The notes under the pieces are model-generated. The model saw only the letters and a program-made list of their open reading frames with translations, ran no database searches and was not told the origin of the DNA. A stretch of 64,000 nt of DNA from an uncultured delta proteobacterium (GTDB lineage: Bacteria > Desulfobacterota > Binatia > Binatales > Binataceae), in contig CAVTEN010000025.1 of the NCBI GenBank assembly GCA_963733715.1, forward strand, positions 24,931 through 88,930. The letters are read 5' to 3'. This document shows positions 10,201 to 19,951 of the stretch, in pieces (position 1 is the first letter of the stretch; each line of letters starts with the position of its first letter). Made by a program: the position numbers and the translations under genes.

Positions 10201-10747
10201 TCTGAATTGGCGCGCGGCCGTCGGCGCGAAGCCGATCAGCATAGCGGCGGATTTCTTCCTGCATGCGAAGAGCGGCGTAGAGTGAGCGCTGCGGATGGTC
10301 CTCGTGCGCGACGGGAGCGCCGAACAGTGCGAAGATGCCGTCGCCGGTGCTCTGCACGATGTACCCGTCGTAGCGCCGGACCGCGTCGATCATCAGCTTG
10401 AGCGCGGGATCGATAATCGCGCGCGCTTCTTCGGGATCGAGATCCTGCTCGAGCTCGGTCGATCCCTTGATGTCGGCGAACAGGGCGGTGACGGTCTTGC
10501 GCTCGCCATCAGATGAGAGCGCGGATGCTTCCGCAGGCGCGGTCACGCGCACAGCAGGCGCGGCAGATTCGACCGGAGTCGATAATGGCGCGGCGACGCT
10601 TAGCGCCGTGCCGCAATCGGAGCAGAACTTCGCGCCGAATGCGTTATCGGAACCGCACTTCGAGCATCGATTCGACAACGGGCTGCCGCACTCGGCGCAG
10701 AACTTCTTGCCCGCTTTGCTTTGAGTTCCGCACTTCGCGCAGCGCAT
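7282..10747 (-). pseudogene. Large signalling protein: double zinc ribbon + class III adenylate/guanylate cyclase domain + AAA/STAND-type ATPase + TPR repeats. Split in four pieces by three frame changes.
   Basis: Track ORFs 9167..10747 (CxxC zinc ribbons, cyclase FADIKGST...GDGIFALFG, P-loop AEAGVGKSRL), 8722..9126 (ERTEGNPFFMEE), 8180..8713 and 7282..8244 (TPR) are colinear parts of one protein type. Junctions ~9170-9200, ~8740-8755, ~8215-8240. Confidence 0.8.
9121..9232 (-). repeat. REP-like family B element located inside the cyclase-ATPase gene
   Basis: Minus strand ctcacctctcccgcgcctgcgac...gagcgggtgagg shares the ccctcacccgc / cctctcccgc / gcgggagagg motifs of the intergenic copies at 12391, 12980 and 51256. 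Coincides with the first ORF break and with ~35 extra residues between LSALL and LKRLIIERTEGNPFF. Confidence 0.55.
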
Positions 10748-10822
10748 ATAGTTGTCCTATCGAGGGAAGACCACTTTTGTAGCACCTGCCGCTCGCGAAG
10801 GGATATATACACGCGGGCGCCT

Positions 10823-11602
10823 TTACTCGCGCGAAGGAGGCTTGTCGGGGGAATCCTCAGGGAAGATCGAGAGCCAGATTGAATGGTCGTCGATCTTTTT
10901 CAGCAGAGATTCGGACGCGGGCGAATTGCGGTTGTCGGCGTCATTCCACGAATCGAAATGAATCAGCGATTTCGGCGGCAGCCGCTGCGCCCAATCTTTG
11001 CTCGCGAGGATGGGACGGTCCGGAAACTCGCGGACATAGCCCATGCATAGATAGGCAATGGGAGTGACGTCGGCCGGGATGCCGAAGATTTCGGCGAGCG
11101 CGTCGTTGCGCATGATACTGACCCATCCCATGCCGAGGCCCTCTGCGCGCGCCGTCAGCCACATGTTTTCGACTGCCAGGCACGCCGAGTAAATTTCGAC
11201 GTCGCGGATGCTGGTCTTGCCGAGCACGGCGGGGCCGAAGCGGTCGGGCTTGCAGGTGACGATAATATTGAGAGGAGCTTCGAGGATCCCTTCGAGTTTC
11301 AGCGAGAGATATTTGTCGCGGCGCTCGCCGCTGAACTGGGCCGCATTCTTCTGGCGCTCGGCTTCGAAAACTTCCTTCACTCGGCGACGCTGATCGACGC
11401 TGCGCACCAGGATGAAGTCCCACGGCTGCGTGAAGCCGACGCTGGCGGCATGATGGGCCGCGATCAGCACCCGCGCGAGCACGTCATCCGGAATCGGATC
11501 GGAGATGAACTCGCGGATGTCGCGACGGCGGAAGATCGCCTCGTAAAGGCCGCGCTTGAGTGCGTCCGGGAATGCGTGGCGATTGGGTGCGTCTGTGGGC
11601 AT
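10823..11602 (-). CDS. bluB: 5,6-dimethylbenzimidazole synthase (nitroreductase-fold BluB) with C-terminal extension
   Basis: 259 aa. RRDIREF, AAHHAASVGFTQPW, GLGMGWVSI motifs match BluB-type flavin destructase from memory. Other B12 lower-ligand genes are in the window. Confidence 0.75.
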   Translation of the reverse strand: MPTDAPNRHAFPDALKRGLYEAIFRRRDIREFISDPIPDDVLARVLIAAHHAASVGFTQPWDFILVRSVDQRRRVKEVFEAERQKNAAQFSGERRDKYLSLKLEGILEAPLNIIVTCKPDRFGPAVLGKTSIRDVEIYSACLAVENMWLTARAEGLGMGWVSIMRNDALAEIFGIPADVTPIAYLCMGYVREFPDRPILASKDWAQRLPPKSLIHFDSWNDADNRNSPASESLLKKIDDHSIWLSIFPEDSPDKPPSRE

Positions 11603-11629
11603 TTAGGACTTAATCTTATGTGAAACCCG

Positions 11630-11722
11630 CCGTGGGTTTCACGCTTCCTTGGGTAGGGGTAACCCCTGCACCTTAGTACTAAGAAAAGATGCGGGACTTT
11701 GTCCCTGTTTAGGAAGTTAAAG
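11630..11722 (+). repeat. Structured intergenic repeat family A, copy 2
   Basis: GTGAAACCCGCCGTGGGTTTCACGCTTCCTTGGGTAGGGGTAACCCCTGCACC..AAGATGCGGGACTTTGTCCCTGTTTAG, near-identical to 51132-51224. Lies between the bluB start and the tpx terminator. Confidence 0.85.
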
Positions 11723-11731
11723 GTCCAGCTT

Positions 11732-11774
11732 CTCCTTGTCCGTCGAACAAGGAGAAGCTGGACCGTATACCTCG
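11732..11774 (-). terminator. Rho-independent terminator of tpx
   Basis: Perfect 17-bp stem ggtccagcttctccttg / caaggagaagctggacc with 9-nt loop, starting 4 nt after the tpx stop. Followed by a short T tract on the minus strand. Confidence 0.65.
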
Positions 11775-11777
11775 CGG

Positions 11778-12299
11778 TCAGGCGGCGGCCTTTTTGGCTG
11801 CTGCGAGGGCAGCTTCGTAGTTAGGCTGCTCCGCGACTTCCTTGACGTACTCGACGTAGGTCACGTTGTCGTTCTTATCGACGACGAAGACGGCCCGCGC
11901 GAGCAGGTGCAATTCCTTGATCAACGCGCCGTAGCTGGTGCCGAAGCTTGCGCTGCGCCAGTCACTCAACGTGGTGATCTTGTCGACGCCTGCCGCGCCG
12001 CACCATCGCGCCTGCGCAAACGGCAAATCCATCGAGACCGAGAGAATCTGCACGTCGCCGGGCAGGTTGCTCGCCTCGAGGTTGAAGCGGCGCGTCTCGG
12101 CGTCGCATACCGGAGTGTCGAGGGAAGGGACGGTCGTGATGATTTTGACCTTGCCCTTGAACTGATCGAGCGTCGCCGGCGCCATCCCTTTGCCGACGAC
12201 GGTGAAGTTGGGTGCTTTTTGTCCGACCTTGATTTCGGGGCCGACCAGAGTCATCGGGTTTCCCCGCATCGTAACGGCGCCTTTGCGTTCTTCCGCCAT
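11778..12299 (-). CDS. tpx: Thiol peroxidase (atypical 2-Cys peroxiredoxin)
   Basis: 173 aa. PSLDTPVCDAE peroxidatic Cys motif and LPFAQARWC segment are typical of Tpx. Confidence 0.9.
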   Translation of the reverse strand: MAEERKGAVTMRGNPMTLVGPEIKVGQKAPNFTVVGKGMAPATLDQFKGKVKIITTVPSLDTPVCDAETRRFNLEASNLPGDVQILSVSMDLPFAQARWCGAAGVDKITTLSDWRSASFGTSYGALIKELHLLARAVFVVDKNDNVTYVEYVKEVAEQPNYEAALAAAKKAAA

Positions 12300-12390
12300 G
12301 AGCGAATTCTCCTTGATGATGAAATTGAAAATAAAATCGAGAACGAGTCAGAGACTAGCGGCGTCGGTCGAAGAGGTAAAGCAGGAACCT

Positions 12391-12469
12391 AACCCCTAAC
12401 CCCTTCCCTCGAGGGAAGGGGAACCGGATAGAAAAGGACGGGCGCGACCTCTCCCGCTTCGGGAGAGGT
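12391..12469. repeat. REP-like family B element (two GC-rich hairpins)
   Basis: ccccttccctcgagggaagggg and ggcgcgacctctcccgcttcgggagagg hairpins immediately downstream of the MAPEG gene. Confidence 0.75.
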
Positions 12470-12474
12470 AAGAG

Positions 12475-12867
12475 TTACAACATTCTGATTGCGATCCAGA
12501 TCAGGGGAACCAGCACGAGGATGCCGTTGATTAACCCGGTAGCGAGTGCTCCGGTCGAGCGTTTGGACGCCGCGCTCAAATAGCCGGCTGCGTAGATGAT
12601 CCGCGCGATCACGAATAGCAGCCCCAGTAAAACTCCGAGGTGATAGTTTACACTCAGCGAGAATATCCACACCGCGGGGAGAAACACGATCAGGGCCTCG
12701 AGCGTGTTCACATGCACGCGGTTGTAGCGCTCGAAATCAGGATTGCCGGTGGTGGCGGGCGCCACGACGCCATAGGTCTGCCGTGCGCGTCCAACCATCA
12801 CGCCGAGTATCGAGTATTCGAGCAACGCCAACAGCGTCACGATCGCGAGTTCATGATAACCCTCCAT
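12475..12867 (-). CDS. MAPEG family membrane protein (membrane glutathione S-transferase-like)
   Basis: 130 aa, 3-4 TM helices, RVHVNTLEAL-type motif resembling MAPEG/MGST proteins. Confidence 0.7.
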   Translation of the reverse strand: MEGYHELAIVTLLALLEYSILGVMVGRARQTYGVVAPATTGNPDFERYNRVHVNTLEALIVFLPAVWIFSLSVNYHLGVLLGLLFVIARIIYAAGYLSAASKRSTGALATGLINGILVLVPLIWIAIRML

Positions 12868-12979
12868 TCAGCTTTCCTCCCCGTGCACGATTTGCGGCAG
12901 TGGCCGCTCGGACGAAGGTACTCGTGACGATTGAAAAGAGCGAGACGTGGTGAGCAGGCATGGCGGTTGATCCGCGGAA

Positions 12980-13080
12980 CCCTCACCTACCTGCCGCGTC
13001 GCGGCAGGCCTCCTCTCCCGTGAAAGCTCCCCCTCACCCGCGCCTGTGGCGCGACCTCTCCCGCAACCAAGCGGGAGAGG
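12980..13080. repeat. REP-like family B element (three GC-rich hairpins)
   Basis: cctgccgcgtcgcggcagg, cgcgcctgtggcgcg and ggcgcgacctctcccgcaaccaagcgggagagg. The last unit repeats the one at 12441-12469. Confidence 0.75.
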
Positions 13081-13125
13081 CGAAAAATAGGTTGCGCGGA
13101 ACGCAACATCCTAACTGGGGCGAGG

Positions 13126-13983
13126 TCAGCGGCGGCGGAATTTCGATTGACGTTCGGCTTCGAGAGCGTCGGCGGCTTCGCGCGACGGACGTGCCGGCAT
13201 CCATCCCTTAGTGTAGTCGACGTCTTCCCAGGTTCGATCATTCGCGTCCCAGACGTAGGGCAGCTCGACGATGGTTGCGGGAGTGGTGATCGTTTCGAAC
13301 GCGCGCATCGCGTCGGTCACGATTCTCCGCTGCAGATCGGGTTGATCGGGCGGACCGGTCTGATGGCCAAGTGGAAAATTTACGAACACCGCGCGCGGCG
13401 GCTTGACTGATTGAGTGATGTCGATCGCGGAAGTCATTGAGAGCGTGGGGATTCCCGCTTCTTCGACTGCGCGCGCGATCAGTCCAACGGACTGATGGCA
13501 GACGGGTCATGCGGGGACGAGGAAGAAGGCGTCGGCGTGCGCGCGCTTGAGCTCGTCGACAATTTGCGGAGCGAGTTCGTCGCGGACTTTGCGCGCCGAA
13601 TAAATTCCGCCCATGAAACTGAACGCGGGATCGACCAGTTCGCCGATGACGCCGGCCGCTTCGAGTTCGCGCATCCGTTCGAGCGGGAAGACGCAGTTGA
13701 CGTCGCGCTCGGCGTCGCGTGTCGGATAGCCGAAGTGCCACACGCTTAGTTCGTCGCGGCGGGCGTCACGCGGGATGCGGCGATACGATGCGTCCTCGCG
13801 ATGGAAGCGCGGCTGATCGCGATACATGATTCCGCCCGAACTCATCAGCGCGATCTTGCATTTGCCGATCGGTTTTGCGAGCGGCGTGAATGGCGCCGAA
13901 TCGTTCTCGACCCATCGGTATGGAATGAAATCGTTGTAGAGATCGCGCGTGCGAGAAATGTATGCGACCGGCATGCGACTCAC
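13126..13983 (-). CDS. Glycine/sarcosine/betaine/proline reductase component B-like selenoprotein; in-frame TGA (13507-13509) read as selenocysteine
   Basis: Track ORFs 13507..13983 and 13126..13437 are in the same frame. Read-through gives ...DAFFLVPA-U-PVCHQSVGLIARAVEEAGIPTLSMTSAIDI..., a UxxC redox motif in a GrdB-like fold. SECIS-like hairpin lies 10 nt downstream. Confidence 0.8.
13478..13496 (-). promoter_or_regulatory. Candidate bacterial SECIS hairpin
   Basis: Minus strand AUCAGUCC-GUU-GGACUGAU, a perfect 8-bp stem beginning 11 nt after the UGA, with G/U in the apical loop. Confidence 0.6.
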
Positions 13984-14366
13984 TCTACGATCGAGGCGCA
14001 GGACTCGGCAAACGGGAGTGGCCCGCGCTGTTGCGCTGACACGTCCTTGAACTCGCCGTGCGGGGCGCCTTGTGCGCGATATATTTATTCGGATGAGTGG
14101 ATGGAGCGTTAGAGCCTCAAGTCATAAACAAGCATCACATATTTATTTAATAGATGTCTAAGCAATAAAAAGGTAAACGATGCGTCCGATATCGACGGCT
14201 GGGTCGAAATAGGTTTACGCAAGATGATTGACTCTGAGCATGCTTTTCTGCGATGAGTTGTCCGTTAAGGTGTCCCTGGGGGGACCACGATCAGCTTTCG
14301 CGTTCCTGATTTGAGCGAGGCAGGCCAGAAGCCTTTTCTGGCGCGAGTTTCCAGGGAGGGACGGCA

Positions 14367-15194
14367 ATGCACGTATCACTGAGGCACACGCGACGCGTGA
14401 TGCTGGGCGTCGCGATGTGGGGGCTGGTTCTCGCCGCCGCATCGGGAGCCAGTCGGGCGGATGTGGTGGCGGGCGCGGGCGGACCGAAGGGTCCGCAAGG
14501 ACCGGCGGGAGCAATGGGTAACATGGGACCGGCAGGTCCGCAGGGTCCGGCTGGACCGGCGGGCCCAATCGGAATGCCTGGAAACGTCGGGGCTACGGGT
14601 CCATTAGGACCAGCCGGCGAAGTGGGTCAGCAAGGACCGCAAGGTCCGACCGGACCAATGGGAGCGATGGGACCGGCGGGATTGACGGGACCCTCCGGAA
14701 CTAGCGGCGTCCAGTTCTACACGCTGGGCGGGGGCGACTTTGGCAGCAACGTCGAGCTGCTGTTTAACTTCACCAGTGAACTGGCGGGTATGGACTTCGC
14801 GAGCGGGTTCGGGACCAGCCCGATTTATTACGGTCCTGGCAATGGCGCTGACACGATCCTGAAGAGCGAAGCGGTGCCAATCGACGCATCGACCGTAACT
14901 CAACTCTGGGTGCATACCAAGAACGCGCCGGGTGCAAATCAGAGCTATACGTTCCAGCTATGCAAGAACAGCGACTGCACCAAGACGGGAGTAGCCTGCT
15001 CGATCGGTAATCCTAGCCCTGGTTTCCCGGACCTGACCGGGTGCAACGATTTGTCTCACAGCCTGAAATTCCAGGCCGGTGACACGATCGCTTTGAAGGG
15101 CACCGCATCGCCTGGTGCGGCGCCGACGGAAGTGTCGTGGATGGTGGTCGTGCATCAGACCGGTGGGGATGTCCCCGTCGTGGTTGGACCGTGA
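14367..15194 (+). CDS. Secreted collagen-like triple-helix repeat protein, paralog 1
   Basis: SD gggaggga then ATG. Signal peptide with HTRRVMLG. About 26 uninterrupted G-X-Y triplets, then a ~150-aa domain with 4 Cys ([16 protein letters not shown]...GC). Confidence 0.85.
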   Translation: MHVSLRHTRRVMLGVAMWGLVLAAASGASRADVVAGAGGPKGPQGPAGAMGNMGPAGPQGPAGPAGPIGMPGNVGATGPLGPAGEVGQQGPQGPTGPMGAMGPAGLTGPSGTSGVQFYTLGGGDFGSNVELLFNFTSELAGMDFASGFGTSPIYYGPGNGADTILKSEAVPIDASTVTQLWVHTKNAPGANQSYTFQLCKNSDCTKTGVACSIGNPSPGFPDLTGCNDLSHSLKFQAGDTIALKGTASPGAAPTEVSWMVVVHQTGGDVPVVVGP

Positions 15195-15260
15195 GCCTCC
15201 GAGACAGGGGATTGAGAAATGCCGAGTACGCAAATGGTAACCGTCAGGGAGGGGACGAGA

Positions 15261-16112
15261 ATGCCTCAAACTTCTAGGAACGCGTGGCGTCGGCTCGTCG
15301 GCGCATCGGCGGCTGCGATGTTGATAGCGAGTATATCGGTGGCAGCAAGCGCGCAAAGCCCGGGGATGATCGGCGTACCAGGTGTGCAGGGTGAGCCGGG
15401 ACCAACGGGCCCGCAAGGCGCCGTAGGTCCGGTTGGACCGCCGGGGCCATTGGGGGCGCAGGGTTTGACCGGTCCCCCAGGTGCGCATGGAGTGAAGGGG
15501 CCGACAGGACCGATCGGCAACGTTGGTCAGCAGGGACCGACCGGACTAACTGGTTCGATTGGGCTGCCGGGAACTAACGCCCCCCTGACAAACGACAATG
15601 TCGAGATCTTGAGCGGCGGCACGCTCGGCGCAACTATCGGCGCGCGCGCGCAAATCCAGCTGACCCCAGCCACAGGATCCGGTGGATTGCCTAAAACCCC
15701 GATCTATATGGGGCCGGGAAACGGCGCTTCGGGAGATGGTGTCTTCTCTTCTCCGCCTGAGCCGGGCGCTAGTCCACAGGGCAGTGTCCAAGTACCAACT
15801 CCGGGCGGTACTGCGTTCAACCTGCAAGTCTCGATCGGGCCGACCGGTCCAGGTGGAATGGGAGGTGTCGGCGGCTCATACCAGTTTGTCGTATGCAATG
15901 AGATGTCGTGTGACCTGATGGGTCTGGAATGCATGAGCAAGCAAAATACGACGTTCCCTACTGTGCAGACTTGCGCGGATGATACGGACGCTCTGGTCTT
16001 TGCACCGGGTGACACTCTGTCGATTCTCGCCTTCAACAATGAAAACTCTGCCAACACCGTTGACGTAAGTTGGTCGCTGGACTTCGCAATCGGTTCTGGG
16101 GACGCTTTCTGA
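15261..16112 (+). CDS. Secreted collagen-like triple-helix repeat protein, paralog 2
   Basis: Start chosen at ATG 15261 behind SD gggagggga (track ORF begins 15219). Signal peptide [14 protein letters not shown]...ASAQS, ~23 G-X-Y triplets, 4-Cys C-terminal domain, shared P(I)Y.GPGNG motif. Confidence 0.85.
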   Translation: MPQTSRNAWRRLVGASAAAMLIASISVAASAQSPGMIGVPGVQGEPGPTGPQGAVGPVGPPGPLGAQGLTGPPGAHGVKGPTGPIGNVGQQGPTGLTGSIGLPGTNAPLTNDNVEILSGGTLGATIGARAQIQLTPATGSGGLPKTPIYMGPGNGASGDGVFSSPPEPGASPQGSVQVPTPGGTAFNLQVSIGPTGPGGMGGVGGSYQFVVCNEMSCDLMGLECMSKQNTTFPTVQTCADDTDALVFAPGDTLSILAFNNENSANTVDVSWSLDFAIGSGDAF

Positions 16113-16197
16113 TTCTGATGTGCGAGGAGGAAAGGTAATGAAATCGCGATCAGAATGCAGCACGGCCGGAAGGCAACAGTAAATGGAGGGCGTCAAC

Positions 16198-17032
16198 ATG
16201 CCTGCTTCCTTTAAGTTCGCCTGGCGTTGGATGGTCGGTGCGACCGCCGCTACGATACTTTGTCTGGCGGCTCTTCCAAGTGTCGGCCGAGCCGAGTCCG
16301 CAATGCAGGGCGTGGTTGGCGATCCTGGGCTTCCGGGCCCGCAAGGACCTCAGGGTGCTCCCGGCATCCAGGGACCTGCGGGAGGCCAGGGCGATTCGGG
16401 ACCTCAGGGACCTCAGGGTGCTATCGGGCCCACGGGACCTACGGGCCCGGCAGGAATTATGGGTGAGGATGGAGTCCGCGGGCCGACCGGGCTGATTGGA
16501 ACAACTGGGGCAACCGGCACGCCCGGCATCTCGGAACCCAATATATCGGTCTTCACCGGTGGCTCGCTGGGTACGTTGGGATCTTTGAACGGAACCGATC
16601 TGTCGGGGAACAACAGCGTCGGTAGCCCCGGCACCATCCTGATACTGGGACCGGGCAACGGTTCAGACAGTGCCGCCCCGCCGGCAAGTTCAGCAAATCC
16701 CGAAGACGCCGAAGTGATCATGGCCGAGGCCGGAACTGCCAAGCGCCTGTTTGTCAACGTGGACAACGATCCCGGAACTCAGATGAACAATGGGATCCCG
16801 AGCACGTTCTCCTTCTTCCTATGCAATGGAAATGGCTTCCCCGACGAACTGTGGGCTTACCTGCTTCATGACGGGACCCGACACGACTTGCAGCGATCTG
16901 ACGGACACCCAGACATTCGCGCGGACCGACGAAATGAGTCTGTGGGCATTCGCCGACTATCCTGGCGCAAATCACGCCAATGTGAAGTGGTCAGTGACGT
17001 ACGATCACGGCGCTGGGATCATCATTCCGTAA
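16198..17032 (+). pseudogene. Secreted collagen-like triple-helix repeat protein, paralog 3; frameshift ~16830-16850
   Basis: Start ATG 16198 behind SD ggaggg. ~24 G-X-Y triplets. The paralog-like C-terminus ([18 protein letters not shown]...[16 protein letters not shown]) continues in the frame of track ORF 16790..17032. Confidence 0.75.
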
Positions 17033-17063
17033 ACGCAATACGATCGCACTTTTGTTAAGGAAG

Positions 17064-17093
17064 ACCCCTGGGTAACTCCGGGGGTTTTTCTTT
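17064..17093. terminator. Bidirectional rho-independent terminator between collagen-like gene 3 and the LLM oxidoreductase gene
   Basis: accccugg-guaacu-ccgggggu stem-loop followed by TTTTTCTTT on the plus strand. Confidence 0.6.
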
Positions 17094-17102
17094 GGTGATG
17101 CT

Positions 17103-18113
17103 CTACTTGAAGCGCGGCAGAACTCCCGCGCCGAACCTCTCCAGCGAACGGCGCGCCTTGGCAGGATCGAGCCCGGGCAACTGCGTTACTACGATCAGTT
17201 CCGTCATGGGAGTCGATTCCAGAGTCTCTTCGAGCCGTGCGGCCACTTCGGACGCCGTTCCCAGCACGCTGGTGCGTCTCAGCCGCTCCGGGTCGGGACG
17301 AATCAGCACCTTGCTCTGGTCGGTGGTGCCCGCCGCGGCCGAAAGCCACTTGCCGTAAAGCTCGGCCTGGTACATCAGCGCGTCGCGCGTGTCGCGCCAT
17401 GCCTGCTCCTCGCTGTCCGCGATGTAGACCACGCGGCTGTTCACGATGCTGTAGCGCGCGGCGTCCTTGCCGGCGGCCTTCATCGCCTCGAGATAGATGC
17501 CGATTTCCTTGCGTCCGCCGACGCATGCGAATCCGAGATCGAGCGCGGCTGCCCGCCGAATCGACTTCGCCGCACCTGCTCCCCACAGCAGTTCTGGATG
17601 CGGCTGACTCACAGGCCGTGGCAGCACGCGCACGTCTCGGAACTTGAAATACTTGCCGTCAAAACTGAATCGCTCGCCCGTCCATGCGAGTTTGAGAATC
17701 TCGATGGTCTCCAGCGTGCGGCCGAGTCGCTGCGCGCGCGGCACGCCAAAGCCCTCAAACTCTTCGGCGCGGTAGCCAAGACCGATTCCCAACCGGAGCC
17801 GGCCACCAGAGACGACGTCGACGAACGCGGCATCCTCGGCCAGCTTCAGCGGGTGAAGAAACGGCGCCAGCAGGACGTAAGTGCCGATAGTGACGCGCGT
17901 CGTGCGCGCCGCAATAGCAGCAGCCGCGGGCATCAGCGTGGGCAGGTAGCCGTCGTCGGTGAAATGATGCTCCGTGAGCCAGATGGAATCGAAGCCAAGC
18001 TGCTCGGCGGCTTCAACCTGGGCAAACGACTCGCGATAGAGATCGCGAAACGACAACGTCGAGCCGGGCGGATTGCGGAAATCGAGCTGATAGCCAACTT
18101 TCACCTTGCGCAT
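17103..18113 (-). CDS. LLM-class (luciferase-like) flavin/F420-dependent oxidoreductase
   Basis: 336 aa. LGFDSIWLTEHHF and GRLRLGIGLGY motifs typical of the luciferase-like monooxygenase family. Confidence 0.8.
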   Translation of the reverse strand: MRKVKVGYQLDFRNPPGSTLSFRDLYRESFAQVEAAEQLGFDSIWLTEHHFTDDGYLPTLMPAAAAIAARTTRVTIGTYVLLAPFLHPLKLAEDAAFVDVVSGGRLRLGIGLGYRAEEFEGFGVPRAQRLGRTLETIEILKLAWTGERFSFDGKYFKFRDVRVLPRPVSQPHPELLWGAGAAKSIRRAAALDLGFACVGGRKEIGIYLEAMKAAGKDAARYSIVNSRVVYIADSEEQAWRDTRDALMYQAELYGKWLSAAAGTTDQSKVLIRPDPERLRRTSVLGTASEVAARLEETLESTPMTELIVVTQLPGLDPAKARRSLERFGAGVLPRFK

Positions 18114-18121
18114 TGTTTACC

Positions 18122-19930
18122 TCATGGCAGTCCGAGCGTCTTAGTGTTCAGCAGAAGCCACATCTCAAACTTGCTAGGGTCATTCACACTGGTTATCTCC
18201 GACGGCCGCACAAGGATTATGACCGCTCGATCGCGTCCCTCGTGCGCGGGAATCAATACGGCCGATTTGACTACGTGCTTGCCTGGTTCGATGGCTTGAG
18301 CAACGTTGAAACTGATGACCGCTTGCCCGCGCGATACCGTCAGCACTGGATCGGAAAACTGAATACCTATGTCCCATACCTGCGCACCGAAATTGCCGGG
18401 CGCCGAATCTGGAACGCCAACATTGACCTGTCCCTGGCGATTCACCCAGAAGGGACCAAACATTAGGTCATAGTGGCTCAGGTCGAAGTTCAAGGGGATT
18501 GCGTCGGATTCGGAGCTGATAGGCGGCGGTGACGCTGCGGCGGCCTGATCCTCGGACAGCTGATATGCTCCATTCATTCCCAGGACTCTTCGCAGTCGAT
18601 CGTCCTTAAGATGAGCCACAAAAGGATCGTCATTCGCGTCCGCGAAGATGAACTCGATCCGATTGAGTGCATCAAGACTCTCAAGCGTGCCCAGGATCGA
18701 GCGCAGTTGATCGTTGGACCCGACAATTCGAGCGAATTTCTCGACTCGTGGTCGCTCGAGTTTCAGTCGTCCGTCGACAAGGAATCCCTGCCGCTCCAGA
18801 AGACGGCGGAATTGGCCAAGCTGGCTTCGGATTGAAACGGACGCGGCGCCCCATGGCCCGAACGAAGACGCCAGCAGCGCGATCGCCACGCTGGCCGGTA
18901 TCGCTCGCAAGTCCATTCTGCCACGCGCCAGACCCATATAAATGGCCATTGCCAACAGCCATATGGCGAACAGGTACAGGCAGTATCGCTCAGGTGTTAC
19001 GCCGTACTCAGCGATTCGTTGCCAAACCGCCAGCGTCAGCAACAGCGTGGGGATTACCATCAGCCAGAACCATGAGCGCATGAACCATCGCACCGGGCGA
19101 AATCCAACTTCGCGCCACGGATAGGCGACCATGTAGCTAACAGTGCCGATAATGCCGAAGACCAGCACTAAGTGTCCCACTTCGCCCTTAGGCATATTCG
19201 CGGTGATGGCTATCTTGGCCGCATAGATATGGAGCATCACGGCGTAAACAAGGACCAGAGGCACCAGCGCGAAGTTAAGGACATAGAAGACCGCCTTTTC
19301 CATCAGGTCAGGCTTGGCCCCGGCGACGAACGGCTCGTCCGGATTTGTAGGTATCATAGCCAGTGCGAACAAAGGTCCTAGCAGCGACGCGCCAGTCGTC
19401 CATAAGTGCTCGTAAACCGAGCTGGCGACGGGAACCTCGAAGAGGTATCGGCAACTCTCAAGCAAAAGCGACAGGCCGCCGCAAACAATGATCAGCGCCA
19501 CCACTCCCATCACCGCGGCGATGCCGAGTTGAAGGTCGAACTGCCAGAACGATTCAATCTTCGCGCCGCGGCGCAGGTGCGCGGCGACCATCGTCGCCAA
19601 TATCAGGCCCCCTACAACCACAACGTCCTGCGTGTAGACCTCGCCATGAGAAAACTGGAGGAATGCGGCTACGGCGGCGGCAACGACTCCTGCGAATACG
19701 CCTGCAATAGCGCTAATACGGCGGGAGTCCGCCCAGAGCGCTGCGATCAACCCCGCCAGGGCCGCGCCTGCCGACGCAAAGATAACCTCGCCCTCGAACC
19801 GATCGGACATCGAAATGAAGCCTGCGATTTGAAGGTTCAGCAGGACGGTCAGAACAACGGACACTGCCACCGGAACCGGGAACCGTCCGATCGAACGAAG
19901 CTGCTCAGGAACCCGAGACAGTAACTTCAA
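18122..19930 (-). CDS. Polytopic membrane protein with soluble C-terminal domain (DUF4153-like)
   Basis: 602 aa, ~10 predicted TM helices in the first ~370 aa. Family assignment is from memory only. Confidence 0.5.
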   Translation of the reverse strand: MKLLSRVPEQLRSIGRFPVPVAVSVVLTVLLNLQIAGFISMSDRFEGEVIFASAGAALAGLIAALWADSRRISAIAGVFAGVVAAAVAAFLQFSHGEVYTQDVVVVGGLILATMVAAHLRRGAKIESFWQFDLQLGIAAVMGVVALIIVCGGLSLLLESCRYLFEVPVASSVYEHLWTTGASLLGPLFALAMIPTNPDEPFVAGAKPDLMEKAVFYVLNFALVPLVLVYAVMLHIYAAKIAITANMPKGEVGHLVLVFGIIGTVSYMVAYPWREVGFRPVRWFMRSWFWLMVIPTLLLTLAVWQRIAEYGVTPERYCLYLFAIWLLAMAIYMGLARGRMDLRAIPASVAIALLASSFGPWGAASVSIRSQLGQFRRLLERQGFLVDGRLKLERPRVEKFARIVGSNDQLRSILGTLESLDALNRIEFIFADANDDPFVAHLKDDRLRRVLGMNGAYQLSEDQAAAASPPPISSESDAIPLNFDLSHYDLMFGPFWVNRQGQVNVGVPDSAPGNFGAQVWDIGIQFSDPVLTVSRGQAVISFNVAQAIEPGKHVVKSAVLIPAHEGRDRAVIILVRPSEITSVNDPSKFEMWLLLNTKTLGLP

Positions 19931-19951
19931 GCGCCCTCTTTCCGTCTCCGC

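Noticed and set aside
12960-13241. Track ORFs 12960..13211(+) and 12987..13241(-)
   Set aside because: They are translations of the REP-like hairpin cluster (PHPRLWRDLSRNQAGEA-type junk) and overlap the 3' end of the selenoprotein gene.
14340-14356. Possible sigma-54 promoter (TGGCGC-N5-TTCC) upstream of collagen-like gene 1
   Set aside because: The -12 element does not match the TGC consensus, and no enhancer-binding protein gene is nearby.
14450-16520. Periodic DNA repeats that might be mistaken for tandem repeats or CRISPR-like arrays
   Set aside because: The 9-nt periodicity is simply G-X-Y collagen coding (ggn ccn nnn). There are no spacer/repeat architecture and no cas genes.
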